64,000 nucleotides of DNA from an uncultured Actinomycetota bacterium (GTDB lineage Bacteria; Actinomycetota; Actinomycetes; JAHEKZ01), in assembly GCA_963743915.1 (NCBI GenBank), contig CAVURN010000005.1, positions 160,001-224,000 on the forward strand, read 5' to 3'. Shown here piece after piece: positions 41,328-53,237 of the stretch. A program made the position numbers and the translations under genes. Under the pieces are notes generated by a model. It did no database searches, had not been told where the DNA came from, and saw nothing but the letters and a program-made list of their open reading frames with translations. Each line of letters begins with the position of its first letter. Positions within the stretch are counted from its first letter, which is position 1.

Positions 41328-41858
41328 CTAGCTGAGCGGGCAGCTCGCGTTGTTCAGTCCATCGAGGTAGGTGGCGTAGCCGATGATCTGGGCACGGTCA
41401 CCACTGTCGAGCACGCGTTGGATCTCCGACTGCATCGACGGTTGATCGTCAACCCCCTTGGTGAACCGACGCAGCGGGAAGTCGAGTGCGGCGTCAGCGT
41501 TCAGGTACGAGGCCACGGCGGCGCGCAGCAGGATCTGCGTAGCGCCGTTGAGGTCCGAGCCACCCCGAGCCTTGAGTGCCTGCAGCGCGGTCATCGTCTC
41601 GAAGTTGACCGTCGAGCTGCTGAAGCTGCCGGGGACGTCAACCCGCAGTGCGGCCTCGACGTCGCTATTGGGCCCGAAGTCGTCCGCCGTCTCACCCGTG
41701 CCGTCGTCGTAAGACTTCCAGTCCAGGTGGTTCTTCCAGAAGCCTGGAGTACAGCCTTCGCCGTACCCACCTTGGTTCGCGGACGCCGGTGCGGCGAACA
41801 CCATGCCTGCCGCCATCGCCAGTGCGGCGCCCATCGCCGCCATTCTCATCACGCGCAT
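41328..41858 (-). CDS. Secreted protein with [10 protein letters not shown] motif
   Basis: Sec signal ending APASA; L.R.AVA..LNA, LD..NN..C; GAAGGGG RBS. Confidence 0.8.
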   Translation of the reverse strand: MRVMRMAAMGAALAMAAGMVFAAPASANQGGYGEGCTPGFWKNHLDWKSYDDGTGETADDFGPNSDVEAALRVDVPGSFSSSTVNFETMTALQALKARGGSDLNGATQILLRAAVASYLNADAALDFPLRRFTKGVDDQPSMQSEIQRVLDSGDRAQIIGYATYLDGLNNASCPLS

Positions 41859-41956
41859 GGATCCCCCTTCGGAATCGTCGGTCCCCGAGCTAGACCCATT
41901 CTGGTTGCGCTGCGTGACCATGTCGACCACCCGTGGCCGTCATTTCGCCAGAATTG

Positions 41957-41971
41957 ATTACGGAGAGTGAT
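41957..41971. promoter_or_regulatory. BldD-like box ATTAC-GGAGA-GTGAT
   Basis: TnAC-N5-GTnA with extended symmetry, upstream of the secreted-protein gene. Confidence 0.5.
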
Positions 41972-42012
41972 CGACACCTCACCATGCGCACGTGGAAGCG
42001 CGAAGAGTGGTG

Positions 42013-44787
<2,775 letters not shown>

Positions 44788-44874
44788 GCGGGTCTCCGTC
44801 GTCGAGGGGCGGTGGGAAGCAGGGCCATCGTAATCAATTGGTGACCTCCTGCCGTCCCCCGGCAGGATGGGCGG

Positions 44875-45990
44875 ATGGAACCGATCACCCTGACCGACGG
44901 CGATCTGACACTGCGCCCGTGGGATGCCGACGACGTCGAGGCGGTCTTCACCGCCTGCCAGGACCCCGAGATCCAGCGGTGGACGACCATCCCCTCGCCC
45001 TACAGCCGCGAGGACGCCGAGTGGTTCGTCTCGACCAGCCCGGACCGGTGGGAGTCCGGCGAAGCGACCTTCGCCGCCGTGGACTCCACCACCGGAGCCC
45101 TCCTCGGCTCCTTCGGGATCGGCAGGTTCGATGCCGTCAGCGGCCCGGAGATCGGCTACTGGGTGTCAGCGGAGGCTCGGGGCAGGGGTGTCGCCACGCG
45201 CGCCGTTCGTCGCATGGCGCGATGGGCGTTCGAGGACATGGGCAGCGACCGCGTCGTGTGGAGGGCCTACGTCGGCAACGTCGGCAGCCGCGCCGTCGTC
45301 GAATCGGTCGGCTTCCGGGTCGAGGGCATCGAGCGGCGCGGGATCGTGCAGCGCGGGCAGCGTCGCGACAACTGGCTCGGTTCCCTCCTACCGGATGACC
45401 TGGCGAGGGCCGCGGCCGGCACGCCGCGCCCGCGCACGACGCTCGAGGGATGGCCCGACTCCGCGGTGACCCTGTCCACCCCCCGGCTGCTGCTGCGCCC
45501 CTACCGGGAGTCCGACGCAGAAGCCGTCCTCGCCTACGCGCTCGACCCAGAAGCCTCCCTCTGGGACCCCGAGGGAGTCGTCGACCTCGAGGACGCCGAA
45601 CGGCGGTGTCGAAGTCGCGCGGACTGGTCACACGGCAAGCACGCCGCCTGGGTCATCTCGACGCCGGCGGACGATGACGTGCTGGGCGGGATCCAGCTGC
45701 AGCTGATCGACCCCGAGAACGCCAACGCCGAGATCGGGTACGGCCTGCTGCCGCACGGGCGGGGCCACGGCTACGCCGCTGAAGCGCTGCAGCAGGTGAC
45801 CGAGTGGTCGTTCGGAACCCTGGCCCTGGAGCGGATCGGACTGATGCACGCGGTGGAGAACGAGGTCTCGTGCCGGGTGGCCGAGCAGGCCGGGTACCGA
45901 CTCGAGGGAACCCTGCGGAAGTCCCACCGATTCGGTGACGGACAGCTGCACGACGAGCACGTCCACGCACGACTGCGGAGCGACGTCTGA
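44875..45990 (+). CDS. Tandem RimJ/RimL-type GNAT acetyltransferase
   Basis: Two copies of L.LRP..., IGY....RG.G.A, N..S..V....G...EG. Confidence 0.9.
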   Translation: MEPITLTDGDLTLRPWDADDVEAVFTACQDPEIQRWTTIPSPYSREDAEWFVSTSPDRWESGEATFAAVDSTTGALLGSFGIGRFDAVSGPEIGYWVSAEARGRGVATRAVRRMARWAFEDMGSDRVVWRAYVGNVGSRAVVESVGFRVEGIERRGIVQRGQRRDNWLGSLLPDDLARAAAGTPRPRTTLEGWPDSAVTLSTPRLLLRPYRESDAEAVLAYALDPEASLWDPEGVVDLEDAERRCRSRADWSHGKHAAWVISTPADDDVLGGIQLQLIDPENANAEIGYGLLPHGRGHGYAAEALQQVTEWSFGTLALERIGLMHAVENEVSCRVAEQAGYRLEGTLRKSHRFGDGQLHDEHVHARLRSDV

Positions 45991-46035
45991 CGGACGGTTT
46001 CCCCTTGCTTCGCCTGGGGAAACGGCAGGTCACCC

Positions 46036-46057
46036 TGTCGGACCCCGGTGGCAGAGT
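46036..46057 (+). promoter_or_regulatory. PafBC/RecA-NDp-type promoter TGTCGG-N10-CAGAGT
   Basis: Matches TGTCGG-N10-TANNNT with one mismatch, 7 nt before ATG 46065. Confidence 0.7.
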
Positions 46058-46064
46058 GGCCCCC

Positions 46065-47387
46065 ATGACCGACGCCGCCCGCACCATCTGCGACCAGGTC
46101 GCCGACATCGGTGACCGGGTCGCGGCCCTGCTCGCCGCCGTCGTGTCCACACCGAGGGTCGCGCCGTGCGGCGGTCCCGAGGGGTTGCCCACCGACGACC
46201 GGTTGCGCGCGCTGCTCGTCGGCCTCGAGGCGGTACGCAACGCCACCGAGGCGGCGCAGGCCGAGACGATGGCCGCGATGGCTCGCGAGGCTCAGGCGCT
46301 GGATCGGTCCGAGTCCGCGTCCGGCATGCGCGGCCACAGTCATGAGGAGTTCACGTCGGACGAGATCGCGGCCTTGCTGAGCTGCACCACGGTGGCAGCT
46401 GCCCACCGGTACGAGACCGCCTGCCGAGTGGCAGCCTTACATCCGGTGCGGCACGCCTGGCGTACGGGGCGGATCGACGGCCGGAAGGCTGCACTGATCT
46501 GTGAGCAGGTCGACCACCTTGCGCCGTCGACCCGAGACAGGGTGAGCGACGACGCCGTCGGCTACGGCTCGACTCACACCGTGCCGCAGCTGCGGGCGTG
46601 GCTGCGACGGCGGGTGATCGCCGCGGATCCTCACGCCGCCGAGGAGCGGCGTCGACGGGCCGTCGCCGATCGTCGGGTGGTGGTCATGCCGCGCGACGAC
46701 GGGGTCAGCGAGCTGTGGGCGTTGCTCCCGTCGGTCGACGCGCGACGGATTCAGCTCGCACTCACCGCTGCGGCGTCCGCCTTGGGCGCCGACGACGCAC
46801 GCACCATGGACCAGCGACGCGCGGACATCGCCGTCGACCTGCTGCTGGGCCGTAAGACACCTCCTTCCGTCGAGCTGCGGGTGGTCGTCTCCGAGGCCAG
46901 TCTCGAAGGCAGGTCGGGTGACCCCGCTGAGGTCGCCGGCCTGGGCGCGGTGACGAGCGGCGAGCTGGCGGGCCTGGGCATCGGTCTGCCGGCCACCGAA
47001 CAGATCACCCAGCAGGTCACCTGGCGACGGCTGGTGACCGACCCCATGGCCGGCACACTCATCGAGCTGGCTGAGAAGCGATACCGCCCCTCAGCGGCCC
47101 TCGAGCGGCACGTTCGCGCCCGTGACGTCACCTGCCGCTTCCCTGGCTGTCGGCGCTCTGCCGACGCCGCCGGCACCGACCTCGATCACACCGTGCCGTT
47201 CCCTGCTGGTGAGACTTCGGCCGGCAACCTCGCCGTCCTCTGCCGACGCCATCACCGCCTCAAGCACCAGGCAGGGTGGAGCGTGTCACTTGCAGCGGAT
47301 GGCGTGATGACGTGGACCACGCCGAGCGGTCGCACACTGGAGACCCACCCCTGGCAGTACACCGATCCACCACCCGACGACAGCTGA
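46065..47387 (+). CDS. DUF222 + HNH endonuclease (13E12-like family)
   Basis: D.RT..QRRAD, YRPS..L...VRARD..CRFPGC, DLDH, NL..LCRRHH.LKH, W.TP.G. Confidence 0.92.
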   Translation: MTDAARTICDQVADIGDRVAALLAAVVSTPRVAPCGGPEGLPTDDRLRALLVGLEAVRNATEAAQAETMAAMAREAQALDRSESASGMRGHSHEEFTSDEIAALLSCTTVAAAHRYETACRVAALHPVRHAWRTGRIDGRKAALICEQVDHLAPSTRDRVSDDAVGYGSTHTVPQLRAWLRRRVIAADPHAAEERRRRAVADRRVVVMPRDDGVSELWALLPSVDARRIQLALTAAASALGADDARTMDQRRADIAVDLLLGRKTPPSVELRVVVSEASLEGRSGDPAEVAGLGAVTSGELAGLGIGLPATEQITQQVTWRRLVTDPMAGTLIELAEKRYRPSAALERHVRARDVTCRFPGCRRSADAAGTDLDHTVPFPAGETSAGNLAVLCRRHHRLKHQAGWSVSLAADGVMTWTTPSGRTLETHPWQYTDPPPDDS

Positions 47388-47427
47388 TGCCAGGCGTTGG
47401 TGGACGGGCGTCCACCACTACGTTTGA

Positions 47428-47973
47428 GTGCGTGCCTTCCTCCGAGGCAATCCGACCCCCGACCTCACCCAGGGTGGGTTCGTCCTTCGTCCGTGGCGCT
47501 TCGACGTCGCCGATCTGGCCTTCGTCCGACAGGCAGCGGCGGACGCCGACATCGCCCGCTACTCGACGGTCGGCGCGGCTCACTCCTCAGCCGCTGCGGA
47601 GGCATGGCTGAGGGGTCGCGTGGCGCCCGATCGCTGCGACTGGGTGATGGAGGCCGACGCCGAACCGGTCGGCCGTGTCAGCATCGCCACCATCGACACC
47701 CAGACCCGGAGCGCAGAGCTTGGCTACTGGGTGCTCGCCAGGCACCGGCGCCGAGGCTACGCACGCGCTGGGGTGGCGGTCGCTACCCGCTACGCCGTCG
47801 ACCGGCTGGGGATGGGCAGCCTTCGGATCGAGCATGAGCGCGCCAACGACGCCTCATGTTCCCTGGCCACTGACGTCGGTTTCGGATCCTGTGCGCCCGC
47901 GTCCACGCCGACGCGCGTCGCGGGCACCCTGCGTCACCTGTGGGTGCACACGCGGACCTTCGACAGCCGCTGA
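47428..47973 (+). CDS. RimJ/RimL-type GNAT acetyltransferase
   Basis: LRPW, ELGYWV...RRRGYA, N.AS...A...GF. Confidence 0.82.
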   Translation: MRAFLRGNPTPDLTQGGFVLRPWRFDVADLAFVRQAAADADIARYSTVGAAHSSAAAEAWLRGRVAPDRCDWVMEADAEPVGRVSIATIDTQTRSAELGYWVLARHRRRGYARAGVAVATRYAVDRLGMGSLRIEHERANDASCSLATDVGFGSCAPASTPTRVAGTLRHLWVHTRTFDSR

Positions 47974-47975
47974 GG

Positions 47976-49202
47976 TCAGGGCAGCTGGGCCACGGCCTCG
48001 GCAAGCCGCGGCGCCAAGTCCCCACGGCGCTTCACCACGACATCGGCCAGGCCGAGCCAGTCGGCCATCCGGCGCAGCTCTGCCGCCAACCGCTCGGCTG
48101 TCTCCTGCGGGGCGCCCGGTTCGGACCAGGAGCTCTGCACGAGCAGCTGGCCGGTCGTCCGCTCGGCCTTGAGGTCGACGCGTGCCACAAGGGAGTCGTC
48201 AAGGAGGAAGGGCAGGACGTAGTAGCCGTGGACCCGCTTGGGCGCGGGGACGTAGATCTCGATCCGGTACCAGAACCCGAAGAGCCGCTCGGTCCGGTCG
48301 CGTTCCCAGACCACCGGGTCGAAGGGCGAGAGCAAGGCGGCCCCGCGGACCCAGCGCGGCAGCCTGACCCCCGGGTCGAGATAGGTGGGAGTGCGCCATC
48401 CCTCGACCTGGACGGGCAGCAGCTCGCCGGCCTCGACCAGCTCGGCGATCCGCGCCCTGGCATCCTGCGCAGGGAGTCGGTAGTAGTCGCGCAGGTCGCG
48501 GGCCGTCGCGACTCCGAGCGAGCGGATGGAGCGACGGAGCAGCTCGCGCTGAGCCTCCGCCCGCCCCGGTGTGGGTGCCGCGATGACCTCGGAGGGCAGC
48601 ACCCGGTCCGGCACGTCGTAGACGCGCTCGAAACCACGCCGCTCGCTGGTGGTGATCTCGCCCGCCCAGAACAGGTACTCGAGGGCGCGCTTGACGTCGG
48701 ACCAGTCCCACCACGGTCCGGTGCGCTTGGGCAGATGGCGATCGTGCCGTGCGCTGAGCTCGCCTGCGGTGAGCGGGCCGTCCGCACGGACGTCTGCCAG
48801 CAGCGTCTCGAGCAGCTTCGGCCGTTCCTCGGCAATCCGGCGCATGCCTCCCCACGCGTGGTGCTCCGCGTCGTCCATGCGCCACCGGAGCAACGGCTGC
48901 GTGTCGACCGGGAGGAGGCTGGCTTCATGGCCCCAGTACTCGAACAGCAATCGGGGCGGACGGTACGCGGCCCGGTCGAGCAGCTCCACCGGGTAGGGAC
49001 CCAGCCGGCTGAAGAGCGGGAGGTAGTGCGCCCGGGCAAGGACGTTGACCGAGTCGATCTGGAACAGACCGGTGCGTGAGAGCACCCGCCGCAAGGAGCG
49101 GCGGTCGGGCGCACCCTTGGGCGGCGGGTCGGTGAAGCCTTGCGCGGCCAGAGCGACCCGACGCGCCTGAGCGAGGGTCAGGAGCTCCGGGATGCGCGGC
49201 AT
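47976..49202 (-). CDS. YcaQ-like HTH_42 crosslink DNA glycosylase
   Basis: QID (QxD) motif, EYWGHEAS, LLSPFDP, YRIEIY.P..KR..GYY. Confidence 0.92.
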   Translation of the reverse strand: MPRIPELLTLAQARRVALAAQGFTDPPPKGAPDRRSLRRVLSRTGLFQIDSVNVLARAHYLPLFSRLGPYPVELLDRAAYRPPRLLFEYWGHEASLLPVDTQPLLRWRMDDAEHHAWGGMRRIAEERPKLLETLLADVRADGPLTAGELSARHDRHLPKRTGPWWDWSDVKRALEYLFWAGEITTSERRGFERVYDVPDRVLPSEVIAAPTPGRAEAQRELLRRSIRSLGVATARDLRDYYRLPAQDARARIAELVEAGELLPVQVEGWRTPTYLDPGVRLPRWVRGAALLSPFDPVVWERDRTERLFGFWYRIEIYVPAPKRVHGYYVLPFLLDDSLVARVDLKAERTTGQLLVQSSWSEPGAPQETAERLAAELRRMADWLGLADVVVKRRGDLAPRLAEAVAQLP

Positions 49203-49210
49203 GGCTCGGG

Positions 49211-49232
49211 AGCGTAGCCCCGACCTCCGACG
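49211..49232 (-). promoter_or_regulatory. PafBC/RecA-NDp-type promoter CGTCGG-N10-TACGCT
   Basis: One mismatch to TGTCGG-N10-TANNNT, 8 nt before ATG. Confidence 0.6.
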
Positions 49233-49233
49233 G

Positions 49234-49953
49234 TCAGGTGATCTCGAGCAGCTTCTCGCGCACGGCGTACACGACAGCCTCCATGCGCGAGTGGAGCTGG
49301 AGCTTTTCCAGGATGTTGCGGATGTGGTTCTTGACGGTGTTCTCCGAGATGAAGAGCTCGCGCGCGATGTCGCGGTTGTTCAGGCCGCGCGCGACGAGCT
49401 TGAGCACCTCGAGCTCACGCTCGGTGAGCCGTGGCGTCGGCACCTGCTGGGTGCGTTCGTGGGATCGCTTCGCCATCAGGGCGAACTCGGTCAGCAGCTT
49501 GCTCGCCATCGCGGGGCTGATCAGCGACTGGCCGTCGTGCACGGCACGCACCGCGGCCGCGACCTCGTCGATCGAGATCTCCTTCAGCAGGTAGCCGGTG
49601 GCTCCGGCCTTGATCGCCTCGTAGAGGTCGGCCTCTTCGTCACTGATGGTCAGCATGATGATGCGGGCGCTCGGTGCGACCTCCTTGATCGCCACGCACG
49701 CCTCGATGCCGGAGCCCTTGGGCATCCTCACGTCCAGCAGCACGACGTCGGGGAGCAGCTCGGCCGCTCGGTCGACCGCCGCCTCGGCGTCAGCGGCCTC
49801 ACCGACCACCTCGATGTCGGTCTCCTGGACCAGCACCATCTCGAGGCCACGGCGAAAGAGGGCGTGGTCGTCCACGACGAGCACCCGGATGGGGTCCTCA
49901 CGCCGTTCGCTGCGAGCTGCAGGGGGGACAGCCCCCTCGGTGTCCGCGGTCAT
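49234..49953 (-). CDS. NarL/LuxR-family orphan response regulator (OrrA-like by synteny)
   Basis: VDDHALFRRG, LLDVRMP, LT.RE.EVL, SENTVKNH.RNILEKL. Confidence 0.93.
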   Translation of the reverse strand: MTADTEGAVPPAARSERREDPIRVLVVDDHALFRRGLEMVLVQETDIEVVGEAADAEAAVDRAAELLPDVVLLDVRMPKGSGIEACVAIKEVAPSARIIMLTISDEEADLYEAIKAGATGYLLKEISIDEVAAAVRAVHDGQSLISPAMASKLLTEFALMAKRSHERTQQVPTPRLTERELEVLKLVARGLNNRDIARELFISENTVKNHIRNILEKLQLHSRMEAVVYAVREKLLEIT

Positions 49954-50057
49954 CTGGTCATGATGGCACGGAATGCCCCCTTCGGGTCACCCATTCGGCC
50001 TAGTGGACCACCCGGAAGGACCAGAACTCCTACCGCCATGGGCTAAGCCCGACCCGG

Positions 50058-50678
50058 TCAGGACGCTGTGGCTCCCGCTGCCGCCGCCTCGACCTCGAGG
50101 TGCAGGACTCCGTAGTCGTACCCCTTGCGTCGGTAGACGACGCTCGGGGTGTCGGTCTCGGCGTCGTGGAAGAGGAAGAAGTCGTGCCCGACGAGCTCCA
50201 TCTCGTACAGCGCCTGGTCGAGCGTCATCGCCGGAGCCCGGTGTGTCTTCTCCCGGACCAGGAACGGACCTTCCGGCCCCGACTCCCCGGCGGCCTCAGC
50301 CGCAGCTTCTTCGACCATTCCCGCCGTCGGGGACGCCGCGTGGATGCGCTCGGTGATCGCTCGTCCTTTGCGACGATGGTCGCCGCGACGCTCCGCCGCG
50401 CGGCGGAGCCGTTCGACGAGCCGACCGTAGGCGACGTCGAGCGCTGCATACTTCTCGTCGGCAGAGGCCTCCGCACGGATCACGGGACCTTTGCCATGGC
50501 AGGTGAGCTCGACCCGCACGGCGTGGTCAGCGAGCCGCGGGTTCTGCTCGGCGGACACCTCCACGTCGACGCGGTGGCACTTCCCGTCGTAGCGCTCGAT
50601 CTTCGTCAACTTCTCGGACACGTGCTCGCGAAAGCGGTCCGACACCTCGATGTGACGTCCCCGTACGACGATTTCCAT
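50058..50678 (-). CDS. hpf: Ribosome hibernation promoting factor (long HPF)
   Basis: GR...V..RFR.HV.EKL, M..DQALYEMELVGHDF.LF, VVYRR..YDYG. Confidence 0.95.
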   Translation of the reverse strand: MEIVVRGRHIEVSDRFREHVSEKLTKIERYDGKCHRVDVEVSAEQNPRLADHAVRVELTCHGKGPVIRAEASADEKYAALDVAYGRLVERLRRAAERRGDHRRKGRAITERIHAASPTAGMVEEAAAEAAGESGPEGPFLVREKTHRAPAMTLDQALYEMELVGHDFFLFHDAETDTPSVVYRRKGYDYGVLHLEVEAAAAGATAS

Positions 50679-50759
50679 GACCCGCCCCTTCGTTGGACCG
50701 GCCCCGGCTGCCCGGGGAGGCTCGGCTCTCGGAACCGAGCTGTGCTCTCACCACGAACG

Positions 50760-51449
50760 CTAGCCCAGCCGCGTGGTGCGGGCGACACCCCATCGGGGTG
50801 AGACGGATGCCACGACCGCGGCCCCCACCACGCGGCAGCCCGCCGCCTCGAGGGCCCGGTGCGCCTCGTCGAGGGTGGCACCCGTCGTGACGATGTCGTC
50901 GACGACGACCACCGAGGCGCCAGCTCGCGTGACGCGCGCGGCCCGCATGGCCCCGATCATGTTGGCGGCACGCTCCTCGGCACCCAGGCCGCCCTGGTCG
51001 GCGACCGACCGCTGCCAGCGCAGCACCGGGCCGCCACTCACCGAGTCGGGGCACCAGCGGGCTGCCGCACGAGCGAGTCGCCGGGCGTGGTCGTGACCGC
51101 GCCCGCGGACGGCAGTGCCTCGGGAGGGAGCCGAGACCAGGTGGACGCCACCGTCCCGTCGCTCCACACGAGCGTCTGCCAGCAGCGTGCTCAGCCCGGA
51201 CGCGGCCAGCCGTCCCAGCGGACCTGCCAGTGACAGCTGGGAGTGCTCTTTGTGCGCGAGGATGGCCGAGCGCACCGGGCCCTCGTAGTCGGCGGCGGCA
51301 TGGACCAGGTGCCCCCGGGGGGTCCGCACCACGTGGGGGTCGTACACCTCGCGGACGCACGCCTCGCACCAAGGGCGACCGGGGCTGCCGCACTGCAGGC
51401 AGCGCCGACCGAGGGCGAGGTCGCCCAGGGAGACCCAGAGTGGTGTCAT
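50760..51449 (-). CDS. comF: ComF-family phosphoribosyltransferase-like protein
   Basis: CxxC...CxxC, RG.D, VVDDI.TTGAT. Confidence 0.9.
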   Translation of the reverse strand: MTPLWVSLGDLALGRRCLQCGSPGRPWCEACVREVYDPHVVRTPRGHLVHAAADYEGPVRSAILAHKEHSQLSLAGPLGRLAASGLSTLLADARVERRDGGVHLVSAPSRGTAVRGRGHDHARRLARAAARWCPDSVSGGPVLRWQRSVADQGGLGAEERAANMIGAMRAARVTRAGASVVVVDDIVTTGATLDEAHRALEAAGCRVVGAAVVASVSPRWGVARTTRLG

Positions 51450-51499
51450 CCGGACACTGTGCCGACGGGGCGTCATCGGCCGCCGCCTCTTCGGTCAGG

Positions 51500-51508
51500 T
51501 GTGGACGA
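51500..51508 (-). promoter_or_regulatory. DnaA-box-like TCGTCCACA, 38 nt upstream of the CACAGT -10 (51456-51461) of comF
   Basis: 8/9 match; same orientation and spacing as at tadA. Confidence 0.5.
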
Positions 51509-51512
51509 GCCT

Positions 51513-53237
51513 CTACCCGGGGTAGGCGGGATCGCGCCCTCGACCGACGGTGCGCCACCCCGTCTCGACGTACTCGGCGATCTCGTTCTCCGCGGTGCCG
51601 GCCAGGATCAGCTGGTTCGGCGCAGCCGTGATCTCCTTCACCGATGCGAGCGAGATGCCAGTGACGGGTTCCACCGTCCCGTTCACGAAGACCGTCGTCG
51701 GCTCGAGCGCCGAGCCTCTGGTCCCCCCGACCACGACGAGACGATCCGCTCCGGCCCACGACAGCGCACTGACGTCGACCAACGTGAGCTCCACGGGTCG
51801 GAACGCCTCGACTTTGGTGTCCCGGCCCGAGCGCACGATGCGTCCGATGAGCAGTCGGCCCTGTCCCCGCTGGTCGCGCACGACCACGGCGACCCGGGTG
51901 CCGTCGACCGAGACCCGGAAACCGGTCAGGCGTCCTGCGATCGGGGGGAAGGTCACCTGCCGCCACGGTCCGGCGTCGACCGACCGCGACACCTGCGGCA
52001 CCTCGGCTCCGGTGTCGACCACCCACACATCACCCTGACCGTCCACCGACGCGGGCAGCAGGCGCCTCCCGGAGATCTGTCGCGCGACGCCGTCCGAGAC
52101 GAAGGGGGTGGTGAGCCACAAGGTCCGGGCGTCAGCACTCAACCCCGTGACCACCGACCCGTCCCAGGACTGCGAGGGGCTCCGCACCTCGCGGTCACCA
52201 CTTCCCAGCACCCCTTCGGTGGGGACGGGGTCGCCGTCATCGCTCCAGGAGCTGACCGTCCCTCCCTTCACGAACAGCGCACCGAGCGCCGACACCAAGG
52301 CGTCCGAGTCGTACGTCGCCCAGGTGTCGGCATCCATCACCGCCGGCGCGGTGGGGAGCTGCAGCGGGTTGCCCTCGACACTGATCGTCACCCCGGTGAC
52401 CTCGGGGATCTGGAGCATCGTCATCGTCACCTGGGCAGCCGCGAGCTCGCGATCCTGCACACCCGTGTCGAGGAAGTCTGTGGACAGATCGACCTGAGCG
52501 ACGCCGTTCTCGACGGGCACCGAGCTGACGACCAACGAGGTCCCCACGGGAATCGTGCTCTGCACCGCGGGCCGCAGCCAACGGGTCGGCCCGTCGAGCA
52601 GGGCGCGCATCAGGCTGGTGGTGCTACCGGCCTGCTCCAGCGGGATGTACACGGGGTCGGGGACCAGGAGCGAGCCGTCAGGGTTGAAGAAGAAGGTGTT
52701 GAACGCGCGGTACGCGCGTTCAACGTCGAACCGGTTGAGCAGGAGACCCTGCGGCAGGTGCCCGATCCGCCACTCACCGTCCACCCGCTGCAGCTGGAAC
52801 GAGCGCTGGATGGGGATCCCGGCCTCGGGGGTGAGAGCGCCGTCGACCCCGATGGTGCCCACCTGACGCGCAGACATCAGCACTCGACTGGCCTCCCGGC
52901 GCAGCTCGTACCCCGGGATGTCGTCGATGACGGTCACCCCGGCGTTGGGGTCCCACCGGGTGGACGCCGCCGGGGTCAGGAAGAGGCGGGCCACCGCGTG
53001 GTCGTTCTCGAAGCTGGCCGACGCCGACAGGAACCCGTTGACGACCTCTTCCGGCGTGGCACCGCTCGCGGGAGCGCGCGGGAGCACCCGGACGATCGGG
53101 TCGTCGGCAGCTGCGCGCACCTGGTCACCGCGCTCCACCGGACCGCTGGTGGGCAGCTCCGCGCACCCGACCGTCACGGTGGCGAGGAGCGCCACCAGCA
53201 GCAGGCGGCGGATCCCGGTCCTCGAGGACCTAGCCAT
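51513..53237 (-). CDS. lpqB: Lipoprotein LpqB
   Basis: VGC lipobox, LP.SG.V, V.GFL.A, LL.GP..WL, DG.RVA, terminal PAYPG. Confidence 0.92.
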   Translation of the reverse strand: MARSSRTGIRRLLLVALLATVTVGCAELPTSGPVERGDQVRAAADDPIVRVLPRAPASGATPEEVVNGFLSASASFENDHAVARLFLTPAASTRWDPNAGVTVIDDIPGYELRREASRVLMSARQVGTIGVDGALTPEAGIPIQRSFQLQRVDGEWRIGHLPQGLLLNRFDVERAYRAFNTFFFNPDGSLLVPDPVYIPLEQAGSTTSLMRALLDGPTRWLRPAVQSTIPVGTSLVVSSVPVENGVAQVDLSTDFLDTGVQDRELAAAQVTMTMLQIPEVTGVTISVEGNPLQLPTAPAVMDADTWATYDSDALVSALGALFVKGGTVSSWSDDGDPVPTEGVLGSGDREVRSPSQSWDGSVVTGLSADARTLWLTTPFVSDGVARQISGRRLLPASVDGQGDVWVVDTGAEVPQVSRSVDAGPWRQVTFPPIAGRLTGFRVSVDGTRVAVVVRDQRGQGRLLIGRIVRSGRDTKVEAFRPVELTLVDVSALSWAGADRLVVVGGTRGSALEPTTVFVNGTVEPVTGISLASVKEITAAPNQLILAGTAENEIAEYVETGWRTVGRGRDPAYPG

